64,000 nt of DNA. It comes from an uncultured Phycisphaerales bacterium. Its GTDB lineage: Bacteria; Planctomycetota; Phycisphaerae; Phycisphaerales; UBA1924. This document shows positions 38,301-45,932 of the stretch, one piece after another. Location of the stretch: assembly GCA_963973795.1 (NCBI GenBank), contig CAXBAF010000007.1, positions 27,200 to 91,199 on the forward strand, written 5' to 3'. Both the position numbers and the translations under genes were made by a program. The notes under the pieces were generated by a model. It had not been told where the DNA came from, made no database searches, and worked only from the letters and a program-made list of their open reading frames with translations. Each line of letters begins with the position of its first letter. Within the stretch, counting starts at the first letter, position 1.

Positions 38301-40594
38301 CCGAGATCCGCCTCGGCGGGGCGATCCAGTCGAACGCCGGGGCCTTCGCCCTCGCGTTGAACGGACCGGTGAACGTCTCGGGCACCGCCGATATCGACAC
38401 CAACGGCGGCGCGATCCTCTTCGCCGACGCGATCAACGGTCTGAACCCAGGTACCGGGTTCCTCGACGTCGACACCGCGGGCGGCACGATCACGATGCGT
38501 GAAGACCTCGGCGTCATCGGTGCCACCAACGCGCTCGGACAGCTTTCGCTGGCCGGGGCCCCGACGCTCCGCCTCGTCGGTGCGAACACCTCGGGCGACC
38601 AGTTCTTCCAGACAACGGGCGGCGCGATCACGCTGCTCGACGGGGCAGCCTTCACCGCCGGCGACAACGGTGGCATCGCGTTCGCGAGCAATGTCGCCGC
38701 GCTGGGCGATGCACAGGCGACCACTGGTGCCGCAGGTTCGATCACTTTCCAGGGTCTGCTCGACGGCGTCGGCTCGCCGGCCCAGACCGTCACCCTGCTG
38801 ACAGGGGCCGGCGGTTCGGTGAATCTCGCCCAGGTGGGCGGGCCCGCCGGTCTCGGATCGTTGGATGTCACGACGGGGACGGTGACCCTCTCGGGTAACC
38901 TGTCGCTGCTGCAGAATCTTTCGATCATGGCGGACCAGACGCTGCTCAGCGGCGACCAGTCCATATCGGCTCAGTCGATCACACTCGCGACCGACGTCGA
39001 TTCCAACGGGGCGGCCGCGAATCTCTCGCTCGAGAACGCGATCACCACGTTGATCAACGGCCGCTTGGGCGGCAACTCGCCGCTCGCCTCGTTCACCTCT
39101 TCGCAGAACGGGACAACGACCCTCACGGGTGGCGTGTTCAGCAACGGCCTCGCGCTGTTCCGCAACGGTGTGATCATCTCCGGTGACGCGATCGTCCAGT
39201 CGTTCGGGAACACGGCCGCTGACGGCGTCCGCTTCCTCTCGACCATCGACGGCACCACGGCCGGGGCCGACTCGCTCACGCTGCTCACCGACCTGACAGG
39301 CGGGGAGTTGGCCGGCATCTCGCCCAACGGCCTTGGCATCGTGGATGCCAACGTCCCGGTGATCTCGCTGTTCGGCGACGTGGGCTCGAACATCGCCCTC
39401 GGCACGTTGGGCCTCAACTTCGGTGTTGATGTCAACGGTAACGCCATCGATGGTCGTGCCTTCGTCCCGGCTAACGCGACGATCGTGCTCGGCGATTCGA
39501 ACGCGTTCTTCGCCAATGGGACGACCACCGACCTGACCATCAACGCCGACAGCCTGTTCATGGGCCTCCGCGAGAAAATGGTCGCCCTCGGCAGCCTCAC
39601 GGCCAGCGGGTCCAACGCCCGCCTGGGTGATATCGCGACGATCAACAACCTCGCGGTCAACTACGACGCGGTCACCGTGCTCCTCCGCGAGGCTGCGGAT
39701 ATCTTTGACCCGACGACCGGGCTGGTCGCCCAGGACAGCGGCACCGACTTCGTCGCGGGCGGCACGCTCCAGTTCGGCACGATCGTCGCCTTCGACGGCC
39801 CCGGCGGGGCCCCGGAGTTCTCGCTCCCCGGCGGTGACCCGTCGATCGACGCGAACGTCGGAGCGTTCCTGTTCAAGTCGCTCGACAGCGACGTGAACGC
39901 GCTCGTGAACGGCGGCGGCGTGGTCGTCGACGTCCGAGCGGACGGCCCGACGAACACCAACGTCGCCGAAGCCCTCGCGGGTGCGATCCCGCAGGAGCAG
40001 GCCGCCGAGCCGGTGGTGACCGATGTCCCGCTCAGCCAGGTCGCGTTGGACGCGTTGGTTGACCTGGGCATCATCATCAAGCAGCCGGGCGAGAACCTGT
40101 ACCTGATCGATCTCCCCGATGACATCGCGGGTGCGGCGGATTCGACCCGCGTCTCGCGTCGCCGTCTGGAACCCACCCTGGTGAACTCGCTGGTCTCTGA
40201 CTACGACGCCGCGGTGAAGACGACGGTGACGGCGACGCCCGCCGAGGCGGGTGAAGGCCAGGCCGAGACTGTCTCCGTCGTCCGCCGGGACACCGAGATC
40301 AAGTCGATCCTGGATGACGCCTGGGACGCGTTCGTCGAGGCCGAGGGTGACAATGGCACCGCGGCCGACTTCTACGCCTTCGTCCGCTCCAATGCGGGGC
40401 AGTTCAGCAAGGCCGTGGTCGAGATCGAGCGTCTTCAGGAGGTCGTCTCCGCGGCCCGCGTGCTGGGTCTCACGGAGCGTGAGATCAGCGCCGTGAAGAC
40501 CAAGATGTTCACGATGATGCAGCCCAACATGGGTGCCAGGGCCTTCCGCGACCTGATCGATGCGACCCCCGCGGCGTTGCTCGGCGTCCGCTGA
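32351..40594 (+). CDS. Filamentous-haemagglutinin-like TpsA exoprotein (2747 aa)
   Basis: After a signal region, the N-terminal TPS (haemagglutination activity) domain reads IINYDSFNLNQYESVRFMQPGASSRVLNRIQGAAPTLIDGSVFANGNVYFVNRAGVFFGQNAVINVGG. This is followed by about 2300 aa of Gly/Ala/Thr/Asn-rich beta-helix-type repeats and a non-repetitive helical C-terminus. Confidence 0.9.
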   Translation: MSQRQTKSRMQNRRDRSRTSGLITAGVIAGVVSVPALAGPSGEQVVHGSARFDRAGNHTTITTSDRAIINYDSFNLNQYESVRFMQPGASSRVLNRIQGAAPTLIDGSVFANGNVYFVNRAGVFFGQNAVINVGGIYAAAGNITNQDFLNNVNQFTDLSGSVINEGTINATSEAHLVGRRVANFGRIVAPNGMVSMTAGNDVLLGQRGGRVFARISGDASNAGAVGVENHGVIDAGSGQVLAGVGDHFALALYDTSVIRGDSVRIAGSARSTVTVRGDIDASNATGSGGDIEILGGRIGVYGADLDASGTTGGGNINIGGDERGLGERLRAEVTLVDSGTSLSVDATSSGDAGRVVAWSDGATVFRGKVSGNAPGKGGFTEVSSLGYLEFNGSIDLRGAAQNGTLLLDPKNIIVTATNQGGATDINDVNSFAVDPNATTLIHDQVLEGWLNGGILADIVFQANNDFIFNPFASVTQNAGTNSLRIFAGRRVVFGPNSNLIMGGGSLFAVANAVNEAGFVAASRDAGLGSIILANGSNIEIQGAGQVADFTVDTGAMSGSIVMVGELLSPTINLTTIDATSQVLFVEDGNGLTDQIGLGGSVIVNAGGQVLFTGNAGEWSFGALDVTSPEILFDNAATGVAATAGSLRFASPVFNSATNGLFTFNGPAAIEGTYTSAGAALFTGTLDLEGGIDSNGDLTFQDAVTLTGDAVINQLSAGNIEFASTLGATNALMDDLTVNLNGNGDLSFRGQIGTFASQLGDIRVTGLNDTLTFDDFVFADSLTSSGIGGTVNLGNGDDQFTLQGNNGAGAALAITGADVNLGGNVLAVASGVSIEQLLTVAGDFSIGALNPAGTISLGSVLLDASGGNANLTLNTFGGADIFVADGAGETIRRDASGANSADLNINSSGGDVTLGNVLANGAADNFLNLLEIQAGAGEVNYAGTRYAAETLTLNAAAHNLADADSVFGDDAASTAVTQDISFLGGNVNVAAGRMLELNALGAGGNASVFGVRTNGAGSSLVFRATDTASLGTGDTVGDAGNALASIDVISDDVTIGNGIFATDLLLDPTLDFLTFGAVNFLGMMVDAGEIANLNLGAIGTLSLGSNDIANFGAYNGITVLTGGTALTSVGQLNAFGNTSVSGSFVTNAAGVNFFGPTTLNAGSTFQTTDSQVRFFSSLAAFNNASLVDTGNGLISFVNILPVPGGVEVGAAIDAAFGGGSLAITTGAGGTVTLFDVGPASQLATLTVDGGTINFRGQRYDAAAQTYTADAFNLLGDGPGVPGNAISFSGVTPGMNVQSLSFLDLGGGADATVQVAAGVAVDAMLDGAFLSEAEILGTGGAESLTVDAGSIQLDRDLGNFAPGSELGSVSLTAANITAANVFTSGDQTYTLDTGAGQLTLNGATYLSTGASTISINGTAADNVLLNAGGPTLFNVANGTVNLNVPSIVGAGNDLVVNAGTAGTITFAPGIQITDAGQFYSAGTMNFLGSAMLSSMNPGAAISFIGGTVGTAGDLTIQTTGANAGVNFTSAPLTVGGALLVTTAGDASAVGFSGGSVNATALIISTTGPNSGISFFNAPVTATSLFARTTGDSSAVDFTGGSISTTVGALITTGGANSGISLTNASLTGGTSVVFSTGGDASVLNFSGSAINAADDIVFQTFGMNSGIDLINAPLTAGGNLLLQSTGDGSALDFSGSAINAANDLTLDTAGANSGITLTTAPLTAGGTLLVRSTGDNSALSLSGGAINTTGDLTISTTGANSDVALANAAATIGGLTTITTTGLNAGIALTNAPLSLGGNLLLQTTGANSAVNAAGGAITLNGFDVTVDVSGVGGDVSLANLIAAGGETVTIRANGLTTLAGAGGAGLGLLDLQTNTLAINGLTAADSVLINTLGFNPQDISVGDDAALTPGTLNISNASLANLTPVAGGTNSLTIGNAAYAGQILIGDATINRDVAFTTGGSGIISLASTGLQGTGGLTSIAMTAPEIRLGGAIQSNAGAFALALNGPVNVSGTADIDTNGGAILFADAINGLNPGTGFLDVDTAGGTITMREDLGVIGATNALGQLSLAGAPTLRLVGANTSGDQFFQTTGGAITLLDGAAFTAGDNGGIAFASNVAALGDAQATTGAAGSITFQGLLDGVGSPAQTVTLLTGAGGSVNLAQVGGPAGLGSLDVTTGTVTLSGNLSLLQNLSIMADQTLLSGDQSISAQSITLATDVDSNGAAANLSLENAITTLINGRLGGNSPLASFTSSQNGTTTLTGGVFSNGLALFRNGVIISGDAIVQSFGNTAADGVRFLSTIDGTTAGADSLTLLTDLTGGELAGISPNGLGIVDANVPVISLFGDVGSNIALGTLGLNFGVDVNGNAIDGRAFVPANATIVLGDSNAFFANGTTTDLTINADSLFMGLREKMVALGSLTASGSNARLGDIATINNLAVNYDAVTVLLREAADIFDPTTGLVAQDSGTDFVAGGTLQFGTIVAFDGPGGAPEFSLPGGDPSIDANVGAFLFKSLDSDVNALVNGGGVVVDVRADGPTNTNVAEALAGAIPQEQAAEPVVTDVPLSQVALDALVDLGIIIKQPGENLYLIDLPDDIAGAADSTRVSRRRLEPTLVNSLVSDYDAAVKTTVTATPAEAGEGQAETVSVVRRDTEIKSILDDAWDAFVEAEGDNGTAADFYAFVRSNAGQFSKAVVEIERLQEVVSAARVLGLTEREISAVKTKMFTMMQPNMGARAFRDLIDATPAALLGVR
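36899..37810 (+). repeat. In-frame tandem repeat inside the tpsA-like gene: about 6.5 copies of a 141-144 bp (47-48 aa) unit
   Basis: The repeated peptide pattern is TGANSGI.LT.APLT.GG.LL..T.GD.SA..FSGSAIN...DL....; an identical block of about 30 nt, ACTTCTCGGGCAGCGCGATCAACGCCGCC, recurs about 144 bp apart (near 37272 and 37416). Confidence 0.8.
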
Positions 40595-40607
40595 ACAGTC
40601 CGCTGAA

Positions 40608-40655
40608 CCGAGAACCAAACCGGGTTTCGTCGGGGCGTGCGTCGCACGCCCCGAC
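40608..40655 (+). terminator. Long GC-rich hairpin after the tpsA-like gene (candidate intrinsic terminator)
   Basis: AACCGGGTTTCGTCGGGGCGTGC-gtc-GCACGCCCCGACGAACCCGGTT forms a 22-bp stem with a one-base bulge, followed by ATTCTTTG. It starts 14 nt after the stop codon, and tssA starts 41 nt downstream. Confidence 0.65.
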
Positions 40656-40695
40656 GAACCCGGTTATTCTTTGACGGGACCCAGAGGAACGAGCC

Positions 40696-41925
40696 GTGGC
40701 ACTGATCGACATCGACAAGCTACTCAGCGAAATCTCGCCGGACGAGCCTTGCGGCCCGGACCTCGAGTACGACGCCGAATTCGTTGCGTTGCAGCAGGAC
40801 GCGGAAGGCACGCCGGCGAAGTACACGCCCGACGGGCAGCTCGTCGATGAAGGCGAGGACCCCAACTGGCGTGACATCCGAGATCGCTGTGTCGCGATGT
40901 TTGATCGGACGATCGATCTCCGGATCGCCGTGCTGCTGGCCGACGCCCTCATGTGCCAGCACGGCCTCGAGGGGCTCCGCGACGGGCTCGCGTTGCTCAA
41001 GGCGATGCACGAGCGGTGCTGGGATCATTTCCACCCGCAGCTCGATCCGGACGATGACAACGACCCGCTGATGCGGATGAACCTCGTCGCGGCATTCGCC
41101 GCGCCGATCGGCATGGACGGCGATCCGCTTCGGTTCCAGCAGCGTCTCAGGGATGTCCCGCTCGCCAAGTCGCGTCAGATCGGAAATTTCGCGCTTCGTG
41201 ATCTGATGGTCGCAACGGGTGATCTTCCTCCGAGCGCTTCGTCCGGCGAAACTCCGCCCAACGAGCAACTGATCGAGGCCGCCTTCCGTGATACGGAGGG
41301 CGACGAACTTAAGCGAGCGGGCGAGGCCGCCTCCGAAGCCGTGGTTCTTTCTCGAGAATTGGATCAGTGGGTCACGACGAAGGTCGGCTCGACCAACGCC
41401 GCGAACCTCGCGTCATGGCACGAGATCGTGGGTGATCTCAACAAACGCCTGACCGCTCGTATCGCGGCCCGCTTCCCGGGCGAAGCCGTCGGCGATGACG
41501 AGGAATCGGGTGCCGATGATGATGTTAGAACCACCGAAGGTGGTTCTCCCCGGCCGTCTTCGGCGGGCCTGAGCGGTGGGGTTCACTCACGCGACGACGT
41601 GCTCCGAGCGCTGAACAAAGTCCTTGAGTACTACGCCGCATACGAGCCATCGAGCCCGGTGCCCATGCTGATCCGGCGGGCTCAGCGGCTCGTCACGATG
41701 GACTTCATCGACATCATCCGGGACCTGAGCCCCACGGCGATCGAGCAACTCCGCGTGATCGGTGGCGAAGAGGCGGTCTCGGGTTCCGCCGGCCCCGTGA
41801 GCACGGCGCCACCCCCGACGCCCGCAAGCGCAGCGGCACCCGCGGCCCCGCCGCCCAGCAGGTCGTCCTCTGGTTCCGCTGAACCGGTAAAACTCAGCGC
41901 GTCGGATTTTGCGCCGAGATCCTGA
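40696..41925 (+). CDS. tssA: T6SS protein TssA (ImpA N-terminal domain; short TssA1-like type)
   Basis: The N-terminus reads LLSEISPDEPCGPDLEYDAEFVALQ (ImpA_N). The C-terminal region reads YEPSSPVPMLIRRAQRLVTMDFIDIIRDL and is followed by a Pro/Ala/Ser-rich tail. The start is GTG. Confidence 0.88.
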   Translation: MALIDIDKLLSEISPDEPCGPDLEYDAEFVALQQDAEGTPAKYTPDGQLVDEGEDPNWRDIRDRCVAMFDRTIDLRIAVLLADALMCQHGLEGLRDGLALLKAMHERCWDHFHPQLDPDDDNDPLMRMNLVAAFAAPIGMDGDPLRFQQRLRDVPLAKSRQIGNFALRDLMVATGDLPPSASSGETPPNEQLIEAAFRDTEGDELKRAGEAASEAVVLSRELDQWVTTKVGSTNAANLASWHEIVGDLNKRLTARIAARFPGEAVGDDEESGADDDVRTTEGGSPRPSSAGLSGGVHSRDDVLRALNKVLEYYAAYEPSSPVPMLIRRAQRLVTMDFIDIIRDLSPTAIEQLRVIGGEEAVSGSAGPVSTAPPPTPASAAAPAAPPPSRSSSGSAEPVKLSASDFAPRS

Positions 41926-42120
41926 TCGACGGAGCCGGAACCTGTACGGCGTGCCTGTTTCCGATCGCTCGGCTGCACACGACCGTATTTCTTCTGGTAT
42001 CTTGTACGCTTGGAATGTGCCGACCCCGTTGGGGGGCGGGAATTGGGATCGTTTGCCCGGGAGGGCGGCGGTTGACCGGCAGAAGACCGCGCCGGCGGTC
42101 GATCGGAAGGGAGCAGGCCG

Positions 42121-42636
42121 ATGGCCAAGCAGAGCAGTCAGAAATTCATCGCGCGGAACCGTGCCCCGCGCGTGCAGGTCGAGTACGACCTGGAGCTGTA
42201 TGGCGCAGAAAAGAAGGTCAACCTGCCGTTTGTCATGGGTGTGATGGCGGATCTCTCGGGAAAACCCGAGGAAGCGCTCGCGCCGGTCGGCGACCGGAAG
42301 TTCCAGGAAATCGATGTCGATAACTTCGACGACCGTCTCAAGAGTGCCAAACCGCGTGTCGCGTTCCAGGTGCCGAACACATTGACCGGAGAGGGCAACC
42401 TCTCGGTCGACCTGACCTTCGAGAGCATGGACGATTTTTCGCCCGCGGCCGTCGCCCGGAAGGTCGATTCGCTCAACAAACTGCTGACGGCACGCGAGCA
42501 ACTCAGCAATCTCCTCGCGTACATGGACGGCAAGTCCGACGCCGAGGAACTCATTCAGAAAGCGTTGAAAGACCCGAGCCTCCTGCAGGCGCTCTCGAGC
42601 GGCGGCGGCGATGGCGGCGGCGAAGGGGGTGAATGA
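42121..42636 (+). CDS. tssB: T6SS contractile sheath small subunit TssB (VipA)
   Basis: The motif PRVQVEYDLELYGAEKKVNLPFVMGVMADLSGK is present. Length is 171 aa. Confidence 0.95.
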   Translation: MAKQSSQKFIARNRAPRVQVEYDLELYGAEKKVNLPFVMGVMADLSGKPEEALAPVGDRKFQEIDVDNFDDRLKSAKPRVAFQVPNTLTGEGNLSVDLTFESMDDFSPAAVARKVDSLNKLLTAREQLSNLLAYMDGKSDAEELIQKALKDPSLLQALSSGGGDGGGEGGE

Positions 42637-44126
42637 TCATGGCAGAAGCAAACCCAGAAGCGCAGGGCGCATCGGAAACTCTGGAGGCCGGCGAGTTCGC
42701 ATCGCTCCTTGAGAAGAACTTCAAGCCCAAGAGCGACCGGCAGAAGGAAGCGATCGAGGACGGGGTCAAGACCCTGGCTGAGCAGGCGCTCGCCGACACC
42801 GCGCTCGTCAGCGATGACGCGGTGAAATCGATTGAGGCGATTATCGCCGAGATCGACCGCAAACTCACCGAGCAGGTCAACCAGATCATCCACAACGAGG
42901 ACTTCCAGGCGCTCGAGGGAACCTGGCGCGGATTGCACCACCTTGTCAATAACACCGAGACGGACGAGACGCTCAAGATCCGCGTCATGAACATCTCCAA
43001 GAAGGACCTGAGCAAGACACTCAAGAAATTCAAGGGGACTGCCTGGGACCAGAGCCCGCTGTTCAAGAAGATCTACGAGGAAGAGTTCGGAAGCCCCGGC
43101 GGAGAGCCCTACGGCTGCCTCATCGGCGACTACCACTTCGACCACACCGCGCCCGATGTCGAGATCCTTAGCGGGATGGCGCAGATCGCGGGCGCCGCAC
43201 ACGCGCCGTTCATCGCAGGGTCTGATCCCAAGGTGATGAACATGGACTCGTGGCAGGAGCTCTCCAACCCGCGCGACCTGACCAAGATCTTCCAGAGCCC
43301 CGAGTATGCCTCGTGGCGTTCGCTGCGTGACAGCGACGACTCGAAGTACCTCGGGCTCGCGATGCCGCGGTTCCTCAGCCGGATCCCTTACGGCTCAACG
43401 ACCAACCCCGTCGATGAGTTCGCGTTCGAAGAGGACACCGAGGGCTCGGACCACAACAAGTACACCTGGTCCAACTCGGCCTACGCCATGGGCGTCAATA
43501 TCACCCGGGCGTTCAAGACCTACGGCTGGTGCACCACCATCCGCGGCGTTGAGTCGGGTGGCATGGTCGAGGGCCTCCCGGTCCACACCTTCCCGACCGA
43601 CGACGGCGGCGTGGACATGAAGTGCCCGACGGAGATCGCGATCACCGATCGCCGCGAGGCCGAACTCGCCAAGAACGGGTTCATGCCGCTGAGCCACTGG
43701 AAGAACACCGACTACGCGGTGTTCGTCGGTGCCCAGAGCCTTCACAAACCGGCGGAGTACGAGGACCCGGACGCGACCGCGAACGCGAACCTCGGTGCCC
43801 GGTTGCCCTACCTGTTCGCGACAACCCGGTTCGCCCACTACCTCAAGTGCATCGTGCGTGACAAGGTCGGCTCCTTTAAGGAGCGGGCCGACATGGAGAA
43901 ATGGCTCAACAACTGGATCATGCAGTATGTCGAGCCCGATCCCTCGAACGCGACCGAGGACGCGAAGGCCCGCCGCCCGCTCGCAGCCGCCGAGGTCGTC
44001 GTCGAAGAGGTCGAGGGGAATCCGGGCTATTACAGCTCGAAGTTCTTCCTGCGGCCGCACTACCAGCTCGAGGGGCTCTCGGTTTCGTTGCGTCTGGTCA
44101 GCAAGCTTCCGAGCCAGAAAAGCTGA
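42633..44126 (+). CDS. tssC: T6SS contractile sheath large subunit TssC (VipB)
   Basis: Motifs SPLFKKIYEEEFGSPGGEPYGCLIGDYHF, GLAMPRFLSRIPYG and FLRPHYQLEGLS are present. The start overlaps the tssB stop by 4 nt. Confidence 0.95.
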   Translation: MIMAEANPEAQGASETLEAGEFASLLEKNFKPKSDRQKEAIEDGVKTLAEQALADTALVSDDAVKSIEAIIAEIDRKLTEQVNQIIHNEDFQALEGTWRGLHHLVNNTETDETLKIRVMNISKKDLSKTLKKFKGTAWDQSPLFKKIYEEEFGSPGGEPYGCLIGDYHFDHTAPDVEILSGMAQIAGAAHAPFIAGSDPKVMNMDSWQELSNPRDLTKIFQSPEYASWRSLRDSDDSKYLGLAMPRFLSRIPYGSTTNPVDEFAFEEDTEGSDHNKYTWSNSAYAMGVNITRAFKTYGWCTTIRGVESGGMVEGLPVHTFPTDDGGVDMKCPTEIAITDRREAELAKNGFMPLSHWKNTDYAVFVGAQSLHKPAEYEDPDATANANLGARLPYLFATTRFAHYLKCIVRDKVGSFKERADMEKWLNNWIMQYVEPDPSNATEDAKARRPLAAAEVVVEEVEGNPGYYSSKFFLRPHYQLEGLSVSLRLVSKLPSQKS

Positions 44127-44354
44127 TCCGGGCCGGTGGATTCGAGTCCTTCGTCAGAGTCGGTTCAAGGCCGGGAGGGGGGCTCCCCGGCCCAGGGAAC
44201 GGGTTTTTCTCCCCCCAGCACGAGATTCTGTGCCAGGATGCGTTGCGCCTTTTCAGAGATTCCGCTTGACAAGGTGTAGCGATGATCACGGGGACAATCG
44301 AAACCCCGGCAGCACATTCGAAACCGGCCCGCTCGGGCCTCAGGGAGCACCACA

Positions 44355-44855
44355 ATGAGCTTTGACGGATTTATCAAGGTCCAGGGCATCAAGGGCGACA
44401 GCACCGACAGTGCACACGCCGAATGGATCGAGATCCAGGCGTTCAGCCACTCGATCGTCCAGTCCACCGGCGGCGCCGCTTCCGCCCAGGGCACCCACGC
44501 CGGCGGCCGGGCCGACCACGGCGATTTCTCGATCGTCAAGCGGCTCGACAGCGCCAGTCCCGCCCTGTTCATGCACGTCTGCTCGGCCAAGCCGATCCCC
44601 GAGATCGTCGTCGAGCTCTGCCGTGCGATGGGCGACAAGACCGTGTTTATGAAGTACACCCTCAAGGACGCGATCGTGTCGTCGGTCCGCCCCAGTGGCT
44701 CGACCGACGGTGAGGATCTGATCCCGCTGGAGGAAGTCACGTTCCGGTACGGCGAGGTCCACCTCGAGTACACCCCGACCGATCCTCGCAGCGGCGGCAA
44801 GACCGGCGCCGCGATCATGGCCGCCTGGAGCACGCTGGAAAACCAGCCGCTCTGA
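44355..44855 (+). CDS. hcp: T6SS inner tube protein Hcp (TssD)
   Basis: The motif FIKVQGIKGDSTDSAHAEWIEIQAFSHSI is present. Length is 166 aa. Confidence 0.93.
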   Translation: MSFDGFIKVQGIKGDSTDSAHAEWIEIQAFSHSIVQSTGGAASAQGTHAGGRADHGDFSIVKRLDSASPALFMHVCSAKPIPEIVVELCRAMGDKTVFMKYTLKDAIVSSVRPSGSTDGEDLIPLEEVTFRYGEVHLEYTPTDPRSGGKTGAAIMAAWSTLENQPL

Positions 44856-44990
44856 TCCGCGACGCGGAGGACATTGGGAAGAGCCCGCTCGGCCTCGCCG
44901 GTTGATCGGATGCTCCCTCCCGGGCCGCCCATCGCTCATCGCAATGGGTTCGCCCGCGATCGGACGGCCGACGAATCTGTTACAGTGCAA

Positions 44991-45020
44991 GGGCGGGGCC
45001 TCGAGGCCCCGCCCTTGTTC
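44991..45020 (+). terminator. GC hairpin with a T-rich tail downstream of hcp (candidate intrinsic terminator)
   Basis: GGGCGGGGCC-tcga-GGCCCCGCCC forms a perfect 10-bp stem, followed by TTGTTC. It lies in the 237-nt hcp-tagJ spacer. Confidence 0.65.
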
Positions 45021-45092
45021 ATCGAGGCACTTTGGCAGCAGTGAATTCTTGAGTCCGGGCGATCCGCGACCGAGCGTTGGGGGGGACGGCAG

Positions 45093-45932
45093 ATGAACGC
45101 CGAGCAGTTGCTCAAGGAAGGCAAGCCGACCGAGGCGCTCGCGGCTCTTCGCGACGAGGTCCGGTCGGACCCATCCAACGCGGAACTCCGCGCATTCCTC
45201 TATCAGTTGCTCTGCGTGCTGGGAGATTGGGACCGGGCGCTCACGCAGATCAATGTCCTGGGCGATCTCAAGCCCAAGGACCTCATCATGGTCGAGTTCT
45301 ACCGCAACGCGATCCGCTGCGAGGCGCTCCGAGACCAGGTCTTCGCCGGCAACCGCACGCCGCTCATGCTCGGCGAACCGGCGGAGTGGATGGGCTGGAT
45401 GGTCCAGGCTGTCGGCCATCACGCACGCGGTGAAATCGCCGCCGCCGCTAGGCTCCGCGATCGTGCATTCGAGGCCGCGCCCGCGATCGATGGCACGATC
45501 AACGGTCAGCCGTTCGACTGGCTCGCCGATACCGACCACCGCCTCGGCCCGATCCTTGAGGTCATTATCCAGGGCAAGTATTACTGGGTGCCCTTCGACC
45601 ACATCAGCGCGATGAAAATCGATCCCCCCGGGAGCCTGCGTGACATGGTCTGGGCCCAGGCTCAGTTCATCTGGAGCAACAAAGGCAAGGCGGTGGGGCT
45701 CATCCCCGTCCGCTATCCCGGGACGATCTCGGGTGGAACCGACGCCGAACGGCTGAGCCGGGCGACTTCATTCGCTGATCTCGAAGACGGCTATTGCGTC
45801 GGCTCGGGGCAGCGCATCTTTGCGAGTGACGCGGGTGAGACCCCGCTGCTTGAAGCACAGCTCATCACGCTCGGCCCTCAAGACGATGATGAAGACGGAT
45901 CGCCGGACCCCGCGGAGACGGGAAATGGCTGA
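45093..45932 (+). CDS. tagJ: T6SS accessory protein TagJ (ImpE family)
   Basis: The TPR-like N-terminus reads LLKEGKPTEALAALRDEVRSDPSNAELRAFLYQLLCVLGDWDRAL, and the C-terminal part contains YYWVPFDHISAMKIDPP. The gene lies between hcp and tssE, as in P. aeruginosa HSI-I. Confidence 0.85.
   Translation: MNAEQLLKEGKPTEALAALRDEVRSDPSNAELRAFLYQLLCVLGDWDRALTQINVLGDLKPKDLIMVEFYRNAIRCEALRDQVFAGNRTPLMLGEPAEWMGWMVQAVGHHARGEIAAAARLRDRAFEAAPAIDGTINGQPFDWLADTDHRLGPILEVIIQGKYYWVPFDHISAMKIDPPGSLRDMVWAQAQFIWSNKGKAVGLIPVRYPGTISGGTDAERLSRATSFADLEDGYCVGSGQRIFASDAGETPLLEAQLITLGPQDDDEDGSPDPAETGNG

Noticed and set aside
32351-40594. Interpreting the TpsA as a CdiA contact-dependent inhibition toxin
   Set aside because: No VENN-type pretoxin motif was seen, and no small immunity-like ORF lies downstream; a terminator and then tssA follow. 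An adhesin or fibre role is more parsimonious. The C-terminal domain remains unassigned.
36778-40618. Very long minus-strand ORFs (37394..40618, 1074 aa; 36778..38964, 728 aa; 33794..34855; 35182..36105) antisense to the tpsA-like gene
   Set aside because: Their translations are Arg/Pro/Gly/Asp-rich with no motifs. They lie entirely within a plus-strand gene that has an unmistakable TPS domain and in-frame repeats. They are typical stop-codon-poor shadow frames of GC-rich repetitive DNA.
41995-42010. Sigma-54-like element TGGTAT-N5-ACGC (GG-N10-GC spacing) 110 nt upstream of tssB
   Set aside because: Only the GG/GC dinucleotides and spacing match, the flanking consensus is poor, and no enhancer-binding protein gene is in the window. 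This is too weak to annotate but worth a position-weight-matrix scan.
44169-44210. GGCCGGG...CCCGGCC hairpin followed by GGGTTTTTCT after tssC
   Set aside because: The stem is only 7 bp with a large loop, and the T-run is separated from the stem. It may be an attenuator, but the evidence is insufficient for a terminator call.
44266-44271. TTGACA hexamer 84 nt upstream of hcp as a -35 box
   Set aside because: No acceptable -10 hexamer lies at 16-19 nt spacing, and the promoter consensus for this lineage is unknown.
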